Shown in pieces: positions 49,554 through 59,160 of a stretch of DNA of 64,000 nt. Each line of letters starts with the position of its first letter. The first letter of the stretch is position 1. This DNA comes from Minisyncoccota bacterium (GTDB taxonomy: Bacteria > Patescibacteriota > Minisyncoccia > Phycocordibacterales > UBA2100), in the NCBI GenBank assembly GCA_022842645.1, contig JALHPE010000004.1, forward strand, positions 8,557-72,556. Reading direction: 5' to 3'. The translations under genes were made by a program, and so were the position numbers. The notes under the pieces were generated by a model. That model ran no database searches and had not been told where the DNA came from. It worked only from the letters and a program-made list of their open reading frames with translations.

Positions 49554-49732
49554 CACTTGTGGGCATGGGAAGCTCGGACAAGAGCTCGTTTTGATCCCGT
49601 CGAATCAAAACTCCTCTCAGCCCTGCTCGCACGACCCGTTCTGCTGAACGGGTGCCCGTGCTCACTTTCGAGTCTCCCCGTACGCCTCACAAAACATAGT
49701 CGCCAAACACATGTGTTTGGCTCGTTGTTTTG

Positions 49733-49814
49733 TGGGCATGGGGAGACTCGAACTCCCATGTCTTTCGACACACGCTTCTGAGACGTGCGCGGCTACCAAT
49801 TACGCCACATGCCC
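49733..49814 (-). tRNA. tRNA-Leu (anticodon CAG), class II with long variable arm
   Basis: Acceptor stem GGGCATG/CATGCCC. Anticodon stem CACGT/GCGTG with loop CTCAGAA. T-arm GGGAG-TTCGAGT-CTCCC. It is followed by the palindromic hairpin GCCAAACACATGTGTTTGGC (49701-49720). Confidence 0.8.
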
Positions 49815-49882
49815 GTCTCGCAATACTAAGCGCCCCGCACTGCTGGTGCAATGCGGGGCGCGTTCAGTGCATAGTCCGATCT

Positions 49883-50434
49883 TCATGAGTGCGAACTAGA
49901 TGGGCGTAATTCTGCCGCCATGCAACCCTTTTCGCCCATGCCCCACCGAACTTCGATAGTCTGCCCTGGACGGAGCTCGATGAAGCCAAAGCGACGCAAG
50001 GTCTCCCTGTGGACAAAGATATCTGACCTGTCCTTGATGCGAGTCAGAAACCCGAACCCACGAACGCGACTGAACCATTTTACGACAGCCGATTCCCAGT
50101 CACTCTCCGGTGTCACGACGACATGCGTGCGTTGAGGCAATCGAGAAGGATGAATAGCGGTGCTGTCATCCACCTCCAAGAGACGAACTGTTTGCATACC
50201 CCTCGGTGTCTGTACCACTTCGCAATGCACCCGTGCCCCTTCGTATACGACCTGAAAGCCGCCCGCTTTGAGGCAGTTGATGGGCAAAAGCACATCTGGA
50301 AGCCCGTTGTCTGGAACGATGAATCCGTAGCCTTTCCCGACGTCGAACCATTTAATAGTTCCGACGATCTCGATGGTCTTGAGATCCGGCTGAGGTTTCT
50401 TGATGTGCTGAGAGAACGTATCCAACTGTGTCAT
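49883..50434 (-). CDS. tandem cold-shock-domain (2x CSD) nucleic-acid-binding protein
   Basis: Two CspA-like repeats (GTIKWFDVGKGYGFI and AVVKWFSRVRGFGFL). Confidence 0.8.
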   Translation of the reverse strand: MTQLDTFSQHIKKPQPDLKTIEIVGTIKWFDVGKGYGFIVPDNGLPDVLLPINCLKAGGFQVVYEGARVHCEVVQTPRGMQTVRLLEVDDSTAIHPSRLPQRTHVVVTPESDWESAVVKWFSRVRGFGFLTRIKDRSDIFVHRETLRRFGFIELRPGQTIEVRWGMGEKGCMAAELRPSSSHS

Positions 50435-50516
50435 CTAACTAACTCCACACACATATCTAGCACTATTGCTAGATAGCCTGCGAAAACAATATAGCCGCTC
50501 TCTCTGTATGTAAAGA

Positions 50517-51821
50517 CTACTCAATCGCATCAATTTCTGCGCCCACCGCCTTTAAGCGTTCGTGCAAATTCTCGTACCCGCGGTTGATTGGGTACACATT
50601 TTGGAGCTCTGACTCCCCTTCTGCGGCGAGCATGCCAATGAGAAGCATAGTCGCCGGGCGAAGTGCGGGAGGCGCTTCCATATGCACGGAGTGCAGTGGA
50701 GTTGGCCCTTCAATTTCGACACGATGTGGATCGAGCAGCTTCACGCGTGCACCAAGCTTTTCCATCAGTGTGTAGTATTGCGCTCGACCTTCGTAGACCC
50801 AATCGTGAATGAGAGTCGTGCCCGTGGCCTGCGTTGCGACCGGCACGAAGAACGGCAGGTTGTCGATGTTAATGCCGGGATACGGACGCGGTGCAATCTT
50901 TTCTGGTGGTGCATTCAAAACATCGCCTTTCTTTACTGTGATATCAATGAGTCGTGTGTGCCCATTTTCTGCAAGATATTCTGCGCCACGCGAATGTCGC
51001 ACGCCCATGCTCCAGAGCGTTGCGAGTTCGAGCTCAAGAAAATCAATCGGGCAGCGCTTCACCGTGATTTCAGATTTCGTCGTCGCGGCAAGTGAGATGA
51101 AGAACATGCTTTCTATTGGATCTTCGCTCGGAGCGTACTCAACTGCCTCGTTAATTTCCTCAACACCGTGCACAACCAAAGTTGTGGTTCCTATGCCTTC
51201 AATTTTCACTCCACATCGCTCAAGGAAGAAACAGAGATCCTGCACCATGTAATTCGCACTCGCGAATTTGATCGTCGTCTCTCCCGGAATCTTCGCGGCG
51301 GCCATGAGAACATTCTCAACACCCGTATCCGACGCTTCATACATGATGATCTCGCGCGGCCGTTTCTCGCCAACTTCAACGTGATAGCTATGCGTGTCTT
51401 CGTGACCCTCGAGATTGATACCGAGTCGTGCAAGTGCGTCGATATGCGCACCAAGCGAGCGTTTGCCAAGATTACACCCCTTAGGCGCAGGAAGATCGAA
51501 GGAAGCAACAAGGTGCGCAAGCGGCGCGATAAAAAGCGCGATTGAACGCGTCTTCTCCGCCGCTAGGCGATCAATGTTCTCAAGGTCGAACTGTGCGCGA
51601 GGCTCTATAACAACGTCGCCCCCAACCCATTCGACAGAGACACCGATTGAGCGGAGTACTTCAATAAGGCGATTTACCTCCTCAATGTGCGGCATGCGCT
51701 TGAGTGTCGTTTTTCCTTTGTTCAAAAGTGAAGCGGCAAGAAGCACGACCGCGGCGTTCTTGGAGATGTTGGTAGTCACTTCCCCTGAAAGGGTTTTACT
51801 CCCGATGACGCGGTAGTTCAT
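50517..51821 (-). CDS. murA: UDP-N-acetylglucosamine 1-carboxyvinyltransferase MurA
   Basis: 434 aa with an EPSP-synthase-family fold and MurA-type N-terminus. Confidence 0.85.
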   Translation of the reverse strand: MNYRVIGSKTLSGEVTTNISKNAAVVLLAASLLNKGKTTLKRMPHIEEVNRLIEVLRSIGVSVEWVGGDVVIEPRAQFDLENIDRLAAEKTRSIALFIAPLAHLVASFDLPAPKGCNLGKRSLGAHIDALARLGINLEGHEDTHSYHVEVGEKRPREIIMYEASDTGVENVLMAAAKIPGETTIKFASANYMVQDLCFFLERCGVKIEGIGTTTLVVHGVEEINEAVEYAPSEDPIESMFFISLAATTKSEITVKRCPIDFLELELATLWSMGVRHSRGAEYLAENGHTRLIDITVKKGDVLNAPPEKIAPRPYPGINIDNLPFFVPVATQATGTTLIHDWVYEGRAQYYTLMEKLGARVKLLDPHRVEIEGPTPLHSVHMEAPPALRPATMLLIGMLAAEGESELQNVYPINRGYENLHERLKAVGAEIDAIE

Positions 51822-52020
51822 ATCAGTGAGGGTTAGTTTTACATGGACAGCGATGGATGTCTAAGGCCTCCTGCTTGCACCTTGTGGTCACAAATAATTT
51901 CTGTCCCGTCGGACAGAAATTTTCGCGACCCCGGCTCGCCCGTTTTTGCTACTGCAAAAACATGGCTCCGCCCCGCACCAAAGCACAAAATCCTGCCGCA
52001 GGGCAGGATGTTTGTGTCTT

Positions 52021-52096
52021 TGGTGCGCGCACTAGGGGTCGAACCTAGGACCTCCCGAGTATCAGTCGGACGCTCTACCAGCTGAGCTATGCGCGC
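52021..52096 (-). tRNA. tRNA-Ile (anticodon GAU), CCA encoded
   Basis: GCGCGCATAGCTCAGCTGGTAGAGCGTCCGACTGATACTCGGGAGGTCCTAGGTTCGACCCCTAGTGCGCGCACCA. Confidence 0.85.
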
Positions 52097-52194
52097 GTGG
52101 AAAGGATAGTAGCAAAAAGAGCCCGGATATGCTACCTTTTCGAGCGCGGCACGTGTTAGGCCGTGTTCAGAGTTAGCAAAGGAGAAAGTAGTAA

Positions 52195-52340
52195 TGAAGA
52201 AGCTCAAGTATCCTGGTGCTCACAGCAAGAAGACGAGCGGGCGCAAGTACAAAGCCGGTAAAGTAAGTCGTCGAGAAGCGTGGCAAGCCCAAGCCAAGCT
52301 CGAAACCGAGCGGGCATCCCAGCGACCATCCTTCCGCTAA
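52195..52340 (+). CDS. small basic protein (48 aa), hypothetical
   Basis: AAAGGAGaaagtagtaATG RBS. The sequence is Lys/Arg-rich: MKKLKYPGAHSKKTSGRKYKAGKVSRREAWQAQAKLETERASQRPSFR. It is below the ORF-track length cutoff. Confidence 0.35.
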
Positions 52341-52440
52341 TCGACTTTGACATAAACACATTGTGCGGCGCGCCCAAAGGCGCGCCGCTTTCTTTGTAAG
52401 CCACCCCAATCCCAATCGTCATAAGTGCTATCATCACAAT

Positions 52441-52764
52441 ATGAAAACACTTCTCATTGGCGTCCTCTTAATTATCCTTAGCGCAGTGGGCTATTACTTT
52501 TTCTTCATGATGCCCGCAACAACGCTCAATTCGAATCCGACACCCTCTATCGGAACTCCTGCTCCCGGGAACGAAGGCAACTACCCCGAGCCGCAAAGCA
52601 AACTCAATATCGATGTGATTTGCACCGAATCTCTTGCCTACATGTCATTCCAGAGCGGTGCGGAAGCAGAAGCCTGGGTCGCCGCTTGTAAGCGCGGCGA
52701 GCATCCTGAGGCAATTGATCAGTGGAAACAAATGAACGGCATTACTGACGATCGCGCGATCTAA
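52441..52764 (+). CDS. small N-terminally anchored/secreted protein (107 aa), hypothetical
   Basis: The start is at MKTLLIGVLLIILSAVGYYFFFMMPA (a TM/signal segment) inside ORF 52363-52764. Confidence 0.4.
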   Translation: MKTLLIGVLLIILSAVGYYFFFMMPATTLNSNPTPSIGTPAPGNEGNYPEPQSKLNIDVICTESLAYMSFQSGAEAEAWVAACKRGEHPEAIDQWKQMNGITDDRAI

Positions 52765-53237
52765 CGCTCAATCTTAGACGCCGCTTTCTCTTCAAGCCGT
52801 GCCGATACGCCGGCAATCACGAACGCAGTGACGGTAAGAAAGAGACCGACGGCGACGCCGCCCGCGATGTCGTCCTGGCCTTGATTCGTGAGCGCGAGAA
52901 AAGCCATCGCCGCGAACATAAGTCCGGCAAACGACAGCGCGCAGTATCTGATAGTGCGCAAGGCGCGCACTGATTGCGGCGAGCATGCGTTGCCCTGCCC
53001 GACATAGCCCGCAAGTCTGAATGCCGTGTAGAGCCCCACGAACACGGCAACAAACGAGATGTAGATGTACGCTAGAAACGGGTCGTCGAAATAGATGTCG
53101 TAAAGCGAAGTAGCGTTTGCATTCACACCCTCGACTGTAGGTTCATAGAGCAGTGCGGCCAGAATGCCAGTCCCGAGGAAAACGATTGCTGCCTGCAGAA
53201 ATATCGCTAGAACGCGCTTAGTGCTTCGAACTTCCAT
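52761..53237 (-). CDS. 4-TM membrane protein (DUF2975-like)
   Basis: 158 aa with four hydrophobic helices. Confidence 0.4.
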   Translation of the reverse strand: MEVRSTKRVLAIFLQAAIVFLGTGILAALLYEPTVEGVNANATSLYDIYFDDPFLAYIYISFVAVFVGLYTAFRLAGYVGQGNACSPQSVRALRTIRYCALSFAGLMFAAMAFLALTNQGQDDIAGGVAVGLFLTVTAFVIAGVSARLEEKAASKIER

Positions 53238-53388
53238 ATTTTGAGCCTATCATAAAAACAAAAACCTGAGCATTTGTGTAGAATTGCCCTATGGAAGACA
53301 AAGAAGTGTTTGAGAGATTTTGAAATAAGCCCGAGATTTAACATGAGAGAGGCTTTGTATTTCCCCCAAATTTAACGTATCGAGTTTC

Positions 53389-53601
53389 TTATTTTTTTGG
53401 TCTTATCCAACTCGAAATAATAGACCCTAATATGGCAATCATGATTGAGAGTATCAGAAGACCCAAAAGATAATCACCTGAGAAAAATTGAGAAGGATTA
53501 CCCGACAACAAACTCAGGGTGCCGAATATTAAGATGAGGCCTACAGCTGACCAGCAAAACCAGCGGATAAAAGATTTTAGATTCATGATAAAAGCATACA
53601 A
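53389..53601 (-). CDS. small 2-TM membrane protein (70 aa), hypothetical
   Basis: Hydrophobic ORF only. Confidence 0.25.
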   Translation of the reverse strand: MYAFIMNLKSFIRWFCWSAVGLILIFGTLSLLSGNPSQFFSGDYLLGLLILSIMIAILGSIISSWIRPKK

Positions 53602-53809
53602 TAAAAAAACTACCCATTCGGGCGTTTTGTGTTTGCATTTTGACTACAAACTGCTTTCTACAAACTACACACTGTTCACAAAACACTCTTTTGTTCCGTC
53701 CAATACCCCGGTCTTTCCCGGCGTCCGACATATTTGAGGGGTCTAATGTCATGACCCTTGGATACTCGTACGAGATATCCAAATCGACTAACAGCAGATA
53801 CCGAAGTAT

Positions 53810-55670
53810 CTGGTTGTATAGAATGAATCCACGAGCAGCTTCCGCTACCCGTGCCTTGTTACGACTTACTCTTTGTCATTGAGTTTGCCTTGATGCATCG
53901 CAAGGATGCGCTTCGGGCACTCCCAACTTCCCTGAGTTGACGGGCGGATTGCTACCACTGAAGGCTCAGTGTGCGTCCCCACGTAGCGTACGGATTTCCC
54001 GTACTACGCGAGTTCGATATGTTCTATCGATTTTGTCCTTCATTACTCTTTCGAATAACTACTACGACTCTGCTGACTTCTCATGACTGATTTGGTGCCT
54101 TAAATCATGAGATCTCCTTCGGTCATTTTGATTTCTGTTCCATGCATCCATCCGAGCTTTTTTGCATACTTCCCCATTACTCACCGACTGGGTCGTATGC
54201 ACTCTTTCTGTATTGCTACAGGGAGGCTGCGTTTTGCTACTAGGACTCTCGGCACAAAACCTCGCGATTTTATGCTGTCCGTTCACTACATCTTTCGATG
54301 ATCCGATTTTAACGGATTAGAAAACAAAACTACGAAGCACTTTTCTATGTTGAGTACAAGGCTTGAGAACGTATTCACCGCGGTGTGGCTGACCCGCGAT
54401 TACTAGTGATTCCAGCTTCATGAGGTCGGGTTGCAGACCTCAATCCGAACTGACGCCGCTTTTATAGATTTGCTCCGGGTTACCCCATTGCGCCTTGTTG
54501 TAACGGCGATTGTAGCGCGTGTGCAGCCCAAGATATCAGAGGGACATGCTGACTTGGCGTCATCTCCACCTTCCTCCCCCGTGAGGGGGCAGTCTCGCCT
54601 GACAAATATAACAGGCAACGAAGGTTGCGTTCGTTACCCCACTGAAGGGAACGATTCAAACCACGAACTGACGACAGCCATGCATCACCTGTCCTACACC
54701 CTCGAAGGCTTCCTAGCTTTCGCTAGGCGTGCAGTAGGATTTCTAACCTTGGTAAGGTTCTTCGCTTAGCGACGAATTAAGCCACACGCTCCACCACTTG
54801 TGCAAGCCCCCGTCTATTCCTTTGAGTTTTAGTCTTGCGACCGTACTACCCAGGCGGATAACTTAACGCGTTAGCTTCGACTCAGAGAGGGTCGATACTC
54901 CCTAAATCCAGTTATCATCGTTTAGGGCGTGGACTACCGGGGTATCTAATCCCGTTCGCTACCCACGCTTTCGTGCTTGAGTGTCAGAAATGTGCCAGTG
55001 AATTGCTTTCGCTTTCGGTGTTCCCCATGATATCAACGGATTTCACCCCTACACCATGAGTTCCATTCACCTCTCACATCCTCGAGTCATGCCGTTTCGA
55101 GTGCGATTCCAGAGTTGAGCCCTGGGATTTAACACTCGACTAACATGACCACCTACGCACCCTTTACGCCCAATGATTCCGGGTAATGCTCGGGGCCTCT
55201 GTATTACCGCTCCTGCTGGCACAGAGTTAGGAGCCCCTTATTCATGAGGTAACGTCAATTACTTCCTCCCTCATAAAAGGTGTTTACGTCCCGAAGGACT
55301 TCATCCACCACGCGGCGTCGCTCGATCAGGCTTTCGCCCATTGTCGAATATTCTCGACTGCAGCCTCCCGTAGGAGTATGGACCGTATCTCAATTCCATC
55401 GATGGGGGTCAGCCTCTCAGCTCCCCTAAACGTCATAGCCTTGGTGAGCCATTACCTCACCAACTAGCTGATATTACGCAGGCCGCTCCAGAAGCGATAA
55501 ATCTTTAGTCTTTCGACACCATCGGGAATTACCCCGCCTTTCGGCGAGCTGTGCCCGACTTCTGGGTACGTTCCTACGCGTTACTATCTCGTCTGCCGGT
55601 TACCTTGCGGTCCCCTTGACTTGCATGCCCTATCCACGCCGCCAGCATTCACCCTGAGCTAGGATCAAAC
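53810..55670 (-). rRNA. rrs: 16S rRNA gene (~1.86 kb) containing a ~0.4 kb insertion near E. coli position ~1395; 3' end atypical
   Basis: Conserved blocks are found on the minus strand. The 5' end is AGAGTTTGATCCTAGCTCAG (~55663). The 515 region is GTGCCAGCAGGAGCGGTAATAC, the 785 region GGATTAGATACCCCGGTAGTCC, and the 907 and 1050 regions are present. ...GTACAAGGC (54347) and CCGCCCGTCA (53940) are separated by ~395 nt. Helix 45 with a GGAA loop is present, but the tail reads GGATTCATTCTATAC instead of GGATCACCTCCTT. Confidence 0.85.
53949..54345 (-). other. intervening sequence/putative intron inside the 16S gene (between the GTAC and ACACCGCCCGT halves of the 1390-1405 region)
   Basis: The flanks abut universally conserved 16S sequence. 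The insert is ~395 nt, too short for a homing-endonuclease ORF. Confidence 0.6.
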
Positions 55671-56085
55671 TCTCAGTTAAAGACGGAGAAATTAATCTCC
55701 GAACTTTTTTGGTTGGACGGAACAAAAGAGTGTACCTTCATGCACTGCAATGGGAGGAAGAGACGAACCTATGCTCGTAGAGCTAGTCTCGGCTCAGACG
55801 CTCAGCGCATCCATAACCTATCTCGCCCCTTCCATTGCAGCGCACAAAGATTTTCCGCCCGAATGAAATTCGTTCGGATAAACTTTTGTTCCTACTTACT
55901 TTACTTTCTTGTGTTCTTGCTTTTTGTGTGTGTTCCGAACGCGCAATTAAAAATTGTGCGCTCGAATAGTTTCTTACTCTCTTCAATTTTCAAAGGTCAC
56001 ACCACATAACGAAAAAAGCCACGTGGGATCCGTAATCTCACGAGGCTCTAGATCAGTAGAGTGAGATGGATAGGCATAGTATAGC

Positions 56086-56114
56086 CATCCCCGCCCCCCT
56101 GTCAAGTGCTCTAT
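56086..56114 (-). promoter_or_regulatory. near-consensus sigma70 promoter TTGACA-16-TATACT driving the 16S rRNA gene (~415 nt leader)
   Basis: Read on the minus strand: GAGCAC TTGACA GGGGGGCGGGGATGGC TATACT. Confidence 0.55.
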
Positions 56115-56128
56115 AGAGCCAAAAAAGA

Positions 56129-56160
56129 AGGCCCCCGACCTGAAGCCGGGGACCCTTAAT
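56129..56160 (-). terminator. rho-independent terminator after small ORF 56167-56355
   Basis: The hairpin TCCCCG-gcttcaggt-CGGGGG is followed by CCTTCTTTTTTGG on the minus strand. Confidence 0.5.
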
Positions 56161-56166
56161 TTCCAC

Positions 56167-56355
56167 TTACAAACGAGGGGATCCTGTACGACGCATACCC
56201 GATACGCGCACCTTTCTGAGGGCACATCTGTACTCAAGATCCTCTAAGAGAACACGAACGCTCTCCTCAGAGGAGTCGTCGAAACCGCCCTCGATAAGAG
56301 TTTTTTCTATTTTCGCAAGAGTCTCAGGTTTCAAATGCTGCACCGTGCTCGACAT
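56167..56355 (-). CDS. small acidic protein (62 aa), hypothetical
   Basis: An AGGGAG RBS lies 8 nt upstream of the ATG. A terminator follows immediately downstream. Confidence 0.4.
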   Translation of the reverse strand: MSSTVQHLKPETLAKIEKTLIEGGFDDSSEESVRVLLEDLEYRCALRKVRVSGMRRTGSPRL

Positions 56356-56614
56356 GGCTTTACTCCCTATTCTGTTGCGTAACGTGACACTACCCTTAAT
56401 TTATAGAACGTCAAGTTGTCATCCAGAAAATTGGCTTTATACTCGTTCTATGCACTCACGAATTTGCTCCATCCTCAATCGCGCCAGCTTTGTGTGGTAT
56501 TGGTTTACACGCTCCCTCGCGAAGGAGAGGATTGTGGTGAATTAACTTAGGAGAATTCACACCAACCCCCTCCTTCGCGGAGGGGTTTTGTTTTCTGTTC
56601 TTTACGGAGGATGT

Positions 56615-56806
56615 ATGAAAAAGGGATATGAACATCTACTCGTGCGGTTGTGGGGTCAGGCCTATGCGAGTGACTCTCGCTACCATGACTGGAAGACAAA
56701 CGTGGAGCACAAGTTTGGCCCCGGCTACGCGGAAGCTGATCTATGTGACAAGCTGCACGAGCTCCACAAAGAATCATCGCCCCGAGCCGGAAGTGGTGGT
56801 TGGTGA
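56615..56806 (+). CDS. small protein (63 aa), hypothetical
   Basis: GGAGGatgt-ATG RBS, with the start chosen at MKKGYEHLL inside ORF 56588. A hairpin terminator follows. Confidence 0.4.
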   Translation: MKKGYEHLLVRLWGQAYASDSRYHDWKTNVEHKFGPGYAEADLCDKLHELHKESSPRAGSGGW

Positions 56807-56808
56807 AA

Positions 56809-56841
56809 ACAAGGCATCGCGCATGCGCGATGCCTTTTTGT
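56809..56841. terminator. bidirectional rho-independent terminator (AGGCATCGCGCATGCGCGATGCCT + TTTTGTTTT)
   Basis: It lies between the convergent small + gene and secF (-). Confidence 0.6.
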
Positions 56842-56842
56842 T

Positions 56843-57739
56843 TTAAGCCTTCTTACCCTTCCATCGCTCGTAGGCAACAAGGAGCGGCGTCGCGAGCGCA
56901 ATAGACGAATACGTTCCCGCAACAACACCAATAATGAGCGTGAGTGCAAAGTCGCGCGTTGCTTCAGGGCCAAAGATAAAGAGTGCCACGAGGGCAAGCA
57001 GTGTTGAAACCGACGTGTTTACTGAGCGCACAAAGGTCTGTTCGATTGCACGCCCTGCAACCGTCTCAAAATCTTCTTTGCGATGTGCTTCAGCATTGAG
57101 ACGCAGATTTTCGCGTGTACGATCGAAGACGACGATGGTGTCATGCACCGAGTAACCAAGGATGGTAAGGATTGCGGTTACAAAAAGCGTGTCGACGTGG
57201 GCACCCCAGAGATACCCGAAGAGCGCGAATGCGCCGAGCGGCACGAGCACATCATGGGCGAGTGTCACAATCGTAATGAGTCCATAGACCCAACTCGAAA
57301 CCGGCTCTGATACTTTGCGAAACGCAAAGGCAACATAGAGCACAATACAGAGCACGACGAGTCCGAGTGCAACGAGTGCTTTTGTGCGCAGTTCTTTCCC
57401 TAAGGATGGACCTACGTCAGTGAGCCGCTCCACGGATCCACCTGTCTCTGCAATAAGGACCGGCAGCGCGGTGCGCGCGCCTTCTGAGAGTGGCGCAGAG
57501 CGGATGATATACCCCGCCTCCGATGCGCGGACAGACACATTTTCGAGCCCGCCTTCTGTAAGTTTTGTCGAGAGCTCTTCCTGCGATGGACGCTCCGCCT
57601 CATAGCGAACCTCAATGAGTCCACCTCCCGTGAAGTCGGTTCCCAAATTCAAACCGAGTGTTACAAAAAGCACGAGAGATGCAAGGGTGATTGCACCAAT
57701 GATCCCGAAGAATATGTTTCTGTATTTGATGAACATCAT
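56843..57739 (-). CDS. secF: protein translocase subunit SecF
   Basis: 298 aa with 6 TM segments and SecD/SecF-family motifs. It is directly downstream of secD. Confidence 0.88.
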   Translation of the reverse strand: MMFIKYRNIFFGIIGAITLASLVLFVTLGLNLGTDFTGGGLIEVRYEAERPSQEELSTKLTEGGLENVSVRASEAGYIIRSAPLSEGARTALPVLIAETGGSVERLTDVGPSLGKELRTKALVALGLVVLCIVLYVAFAFRKVSEPVSSWVYGLITIVTLAHDVLVPLGAFALFGYLWGAHVDTLFVTAILTILGYSVHDTIVVFDRTRENLRLNAEAHRKEDFETVAGRAIEQTFVRSVNTSVSTLLALVALFIFGPEATRDFALTLIIGVVAGTYSSIALATPLLVAYERWKGKKA

Positions 57740-57744
57740 ATGTT

Positions 57745-59088
57745 TTATCGGATACCACTGCCGTAAAGGAATCGGCTTATGCGACCCTCGCCTGGCGGAA
57801 GCGCGAGCAGGAATGTGCGCGAGACAGTAATCGCCGAGAGCATAGAAATAACAACGCCGAGCCCGAAGACAAGCGCGAAGCCTTTCACAATGGATGTGCC
57901 AAACCAGAAGAGAATGATGGCGGTGATGATCGAGGAAATATTTGAATCACGAATCGAGAGCCATGCACGATTAAATCCTTCACGAATCGCTTCTTCACCA
58001 ATTTTTCCATTTTTCATCTCTTCACGCATGCGCGCAAATATGAGCACATTGGCATCCACGGCCATACCAATCGAGAGAATGAATGCGGCAATGCCGGCTG
58101 CCGTGAGCGTGACGGGAATGAGTTTAAAAATCGCCAGTGAAAGCACGACATAGAGACTCAGTGCTAAAACCGCAAGAAGACCCGGGACGCGATACCAAAG
58201 AATCATAAAGAGCGCGACGATGCCAAAACCAGCCGCACCCGCAAAAATGCCGTCACGCACGGCTTCCCCACCAAGCGTGCCGGAAACTGTCTGCGTCGAA
58301 ACAAGCTCAATCGGCACTGGGAGCGCACCGAAGTTAAGGTTCTTCACAAGATCGCGCGCCTCCACTGCGGTGAAATTGCCAGAAATAACCGCGGTGCCCC
58401 CGGGAATTGCTTCGTTAATGACGGGTGTTGAAATCGGCACGCCGTCGAGAAAAATGCCGAACACTTGGCCAACGCTTTGTGCTGTTGTGTCGGCAAAAAT
58501 CTTTGTGCCTTCATCGTCAAAAAAGAGAACGACAACGGGCTCATTTGCGAGGCCGCCTGCGCTTCCGAATTGCAGCTCCGCGCGGGCAATGTGCCGCCCC
58601 GTAAGAATCGCCGGACCAAACAGATCGTTTGCACCAGGAAGTGTCGTTGTGCCACTTGCCACTATTTCCTCGCCATCGCCTTTCAGCATGCGAAATTCCA
58701 AGACTGGCGTTTCTCCGATTTGGCGAATTGCCTCGTTTGCATCCGTCACACCCGGAAGCTCAATAATGAGCCGCTCCTCTCCTTCGCCGGCAACAGAACT
58801 TCCCTTTTCGCGTTGAACAAGAGGCTCTGCAACACCAAAAAGATTGACGCGTCGTTCGATCGTCTCACGCAGCGCATCGAGGGACTCCTCGGTGTCGCCC
58901 GCAATCGCGCTCGTATCTGCTTTGTAGAGAAGCTGGGTTCCGCCGGAGAGGTCGAGCCCGAGACGGAACGGACGAGTTCCGTTCACTTCAGAGCTATAGA
59001 CATACCAGCCCAAAAAGGCGGTTACAAAAATTGCGGCAAGCGCGGAGAAGCGATATGTCCACATGAGGGTGCAGTCTACATTCTGCAA
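57745..59088 (-). CDS. secD: protein translocase subunit SecD
   Basis: 447 aa with the N-terminal TM segment, periplasmic domain and C-terminal 5 TM segments typical of SecD. Confidence 0.88.
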   Translation of the reverse strand: MQNVDCTLMWTYRFSALAAIFVTAFLGWYVYSSEVNGTRPFRLGLDLSGGTQLLYKADTSAIAGDTEESLDALRETIERRVNLFGVAEPLVQREKGSSVAGEGEERLIIELPGVTDANEAIRQIGETPVLEFRMLKGDGEEIVASGTTTLPGANDLFGPAILTGRHIARAELQFGSAGGLANEPVVVLFFDDEGTKIFADTTAQSVGQVFGIFLDGVPISTPVINEAIPGGTAVISGNFTAVEARDLVKNLNFGALPVPIELVSTQTVSGTLGGEAVRDGIFAGAAGFGIVALFMILWYRVPGLLAVLALSLYVVLSLAIFKLIPVTLTAAGIAAFILSIGMAVDANVLIFARMREEMKNGKIGEEAIREGFNRAWLSIRDSNISSIITAIILFWFGTSIVKGFALVFGLGVVISMLSAITVSRTFLLALPPGEGRISRFLYGSGIR

Positions 59089-59160
59089 GCATTTGACGCG
59101 AGTTGACAGAATCTTAAATTATGATTAAATGCTTCCAGAAACAACTGGAGGAGCACTCCC

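Noticed and set aside
49560-49700. Possibility that the region is a second complete tRNA or a tmRNA
   Set aside because: No 5' acceptor strand complementary to CATGCCC and no T-loop are present. The region is too short for tmRNA and has no tag-peptide ORF. It is kept only as an unexplained structured segment.
53949-54769. Small ORFs inside the 16S gene and its insert (54062-54286, 54107-54301, 54418-54618, 54431-54769)
   Set aside because: They lie within rRNA or putative intron sequence. The insert is too short for a homing endonuclease and carries no recognisable LAGLIDADG or GIY-YIG motifs.
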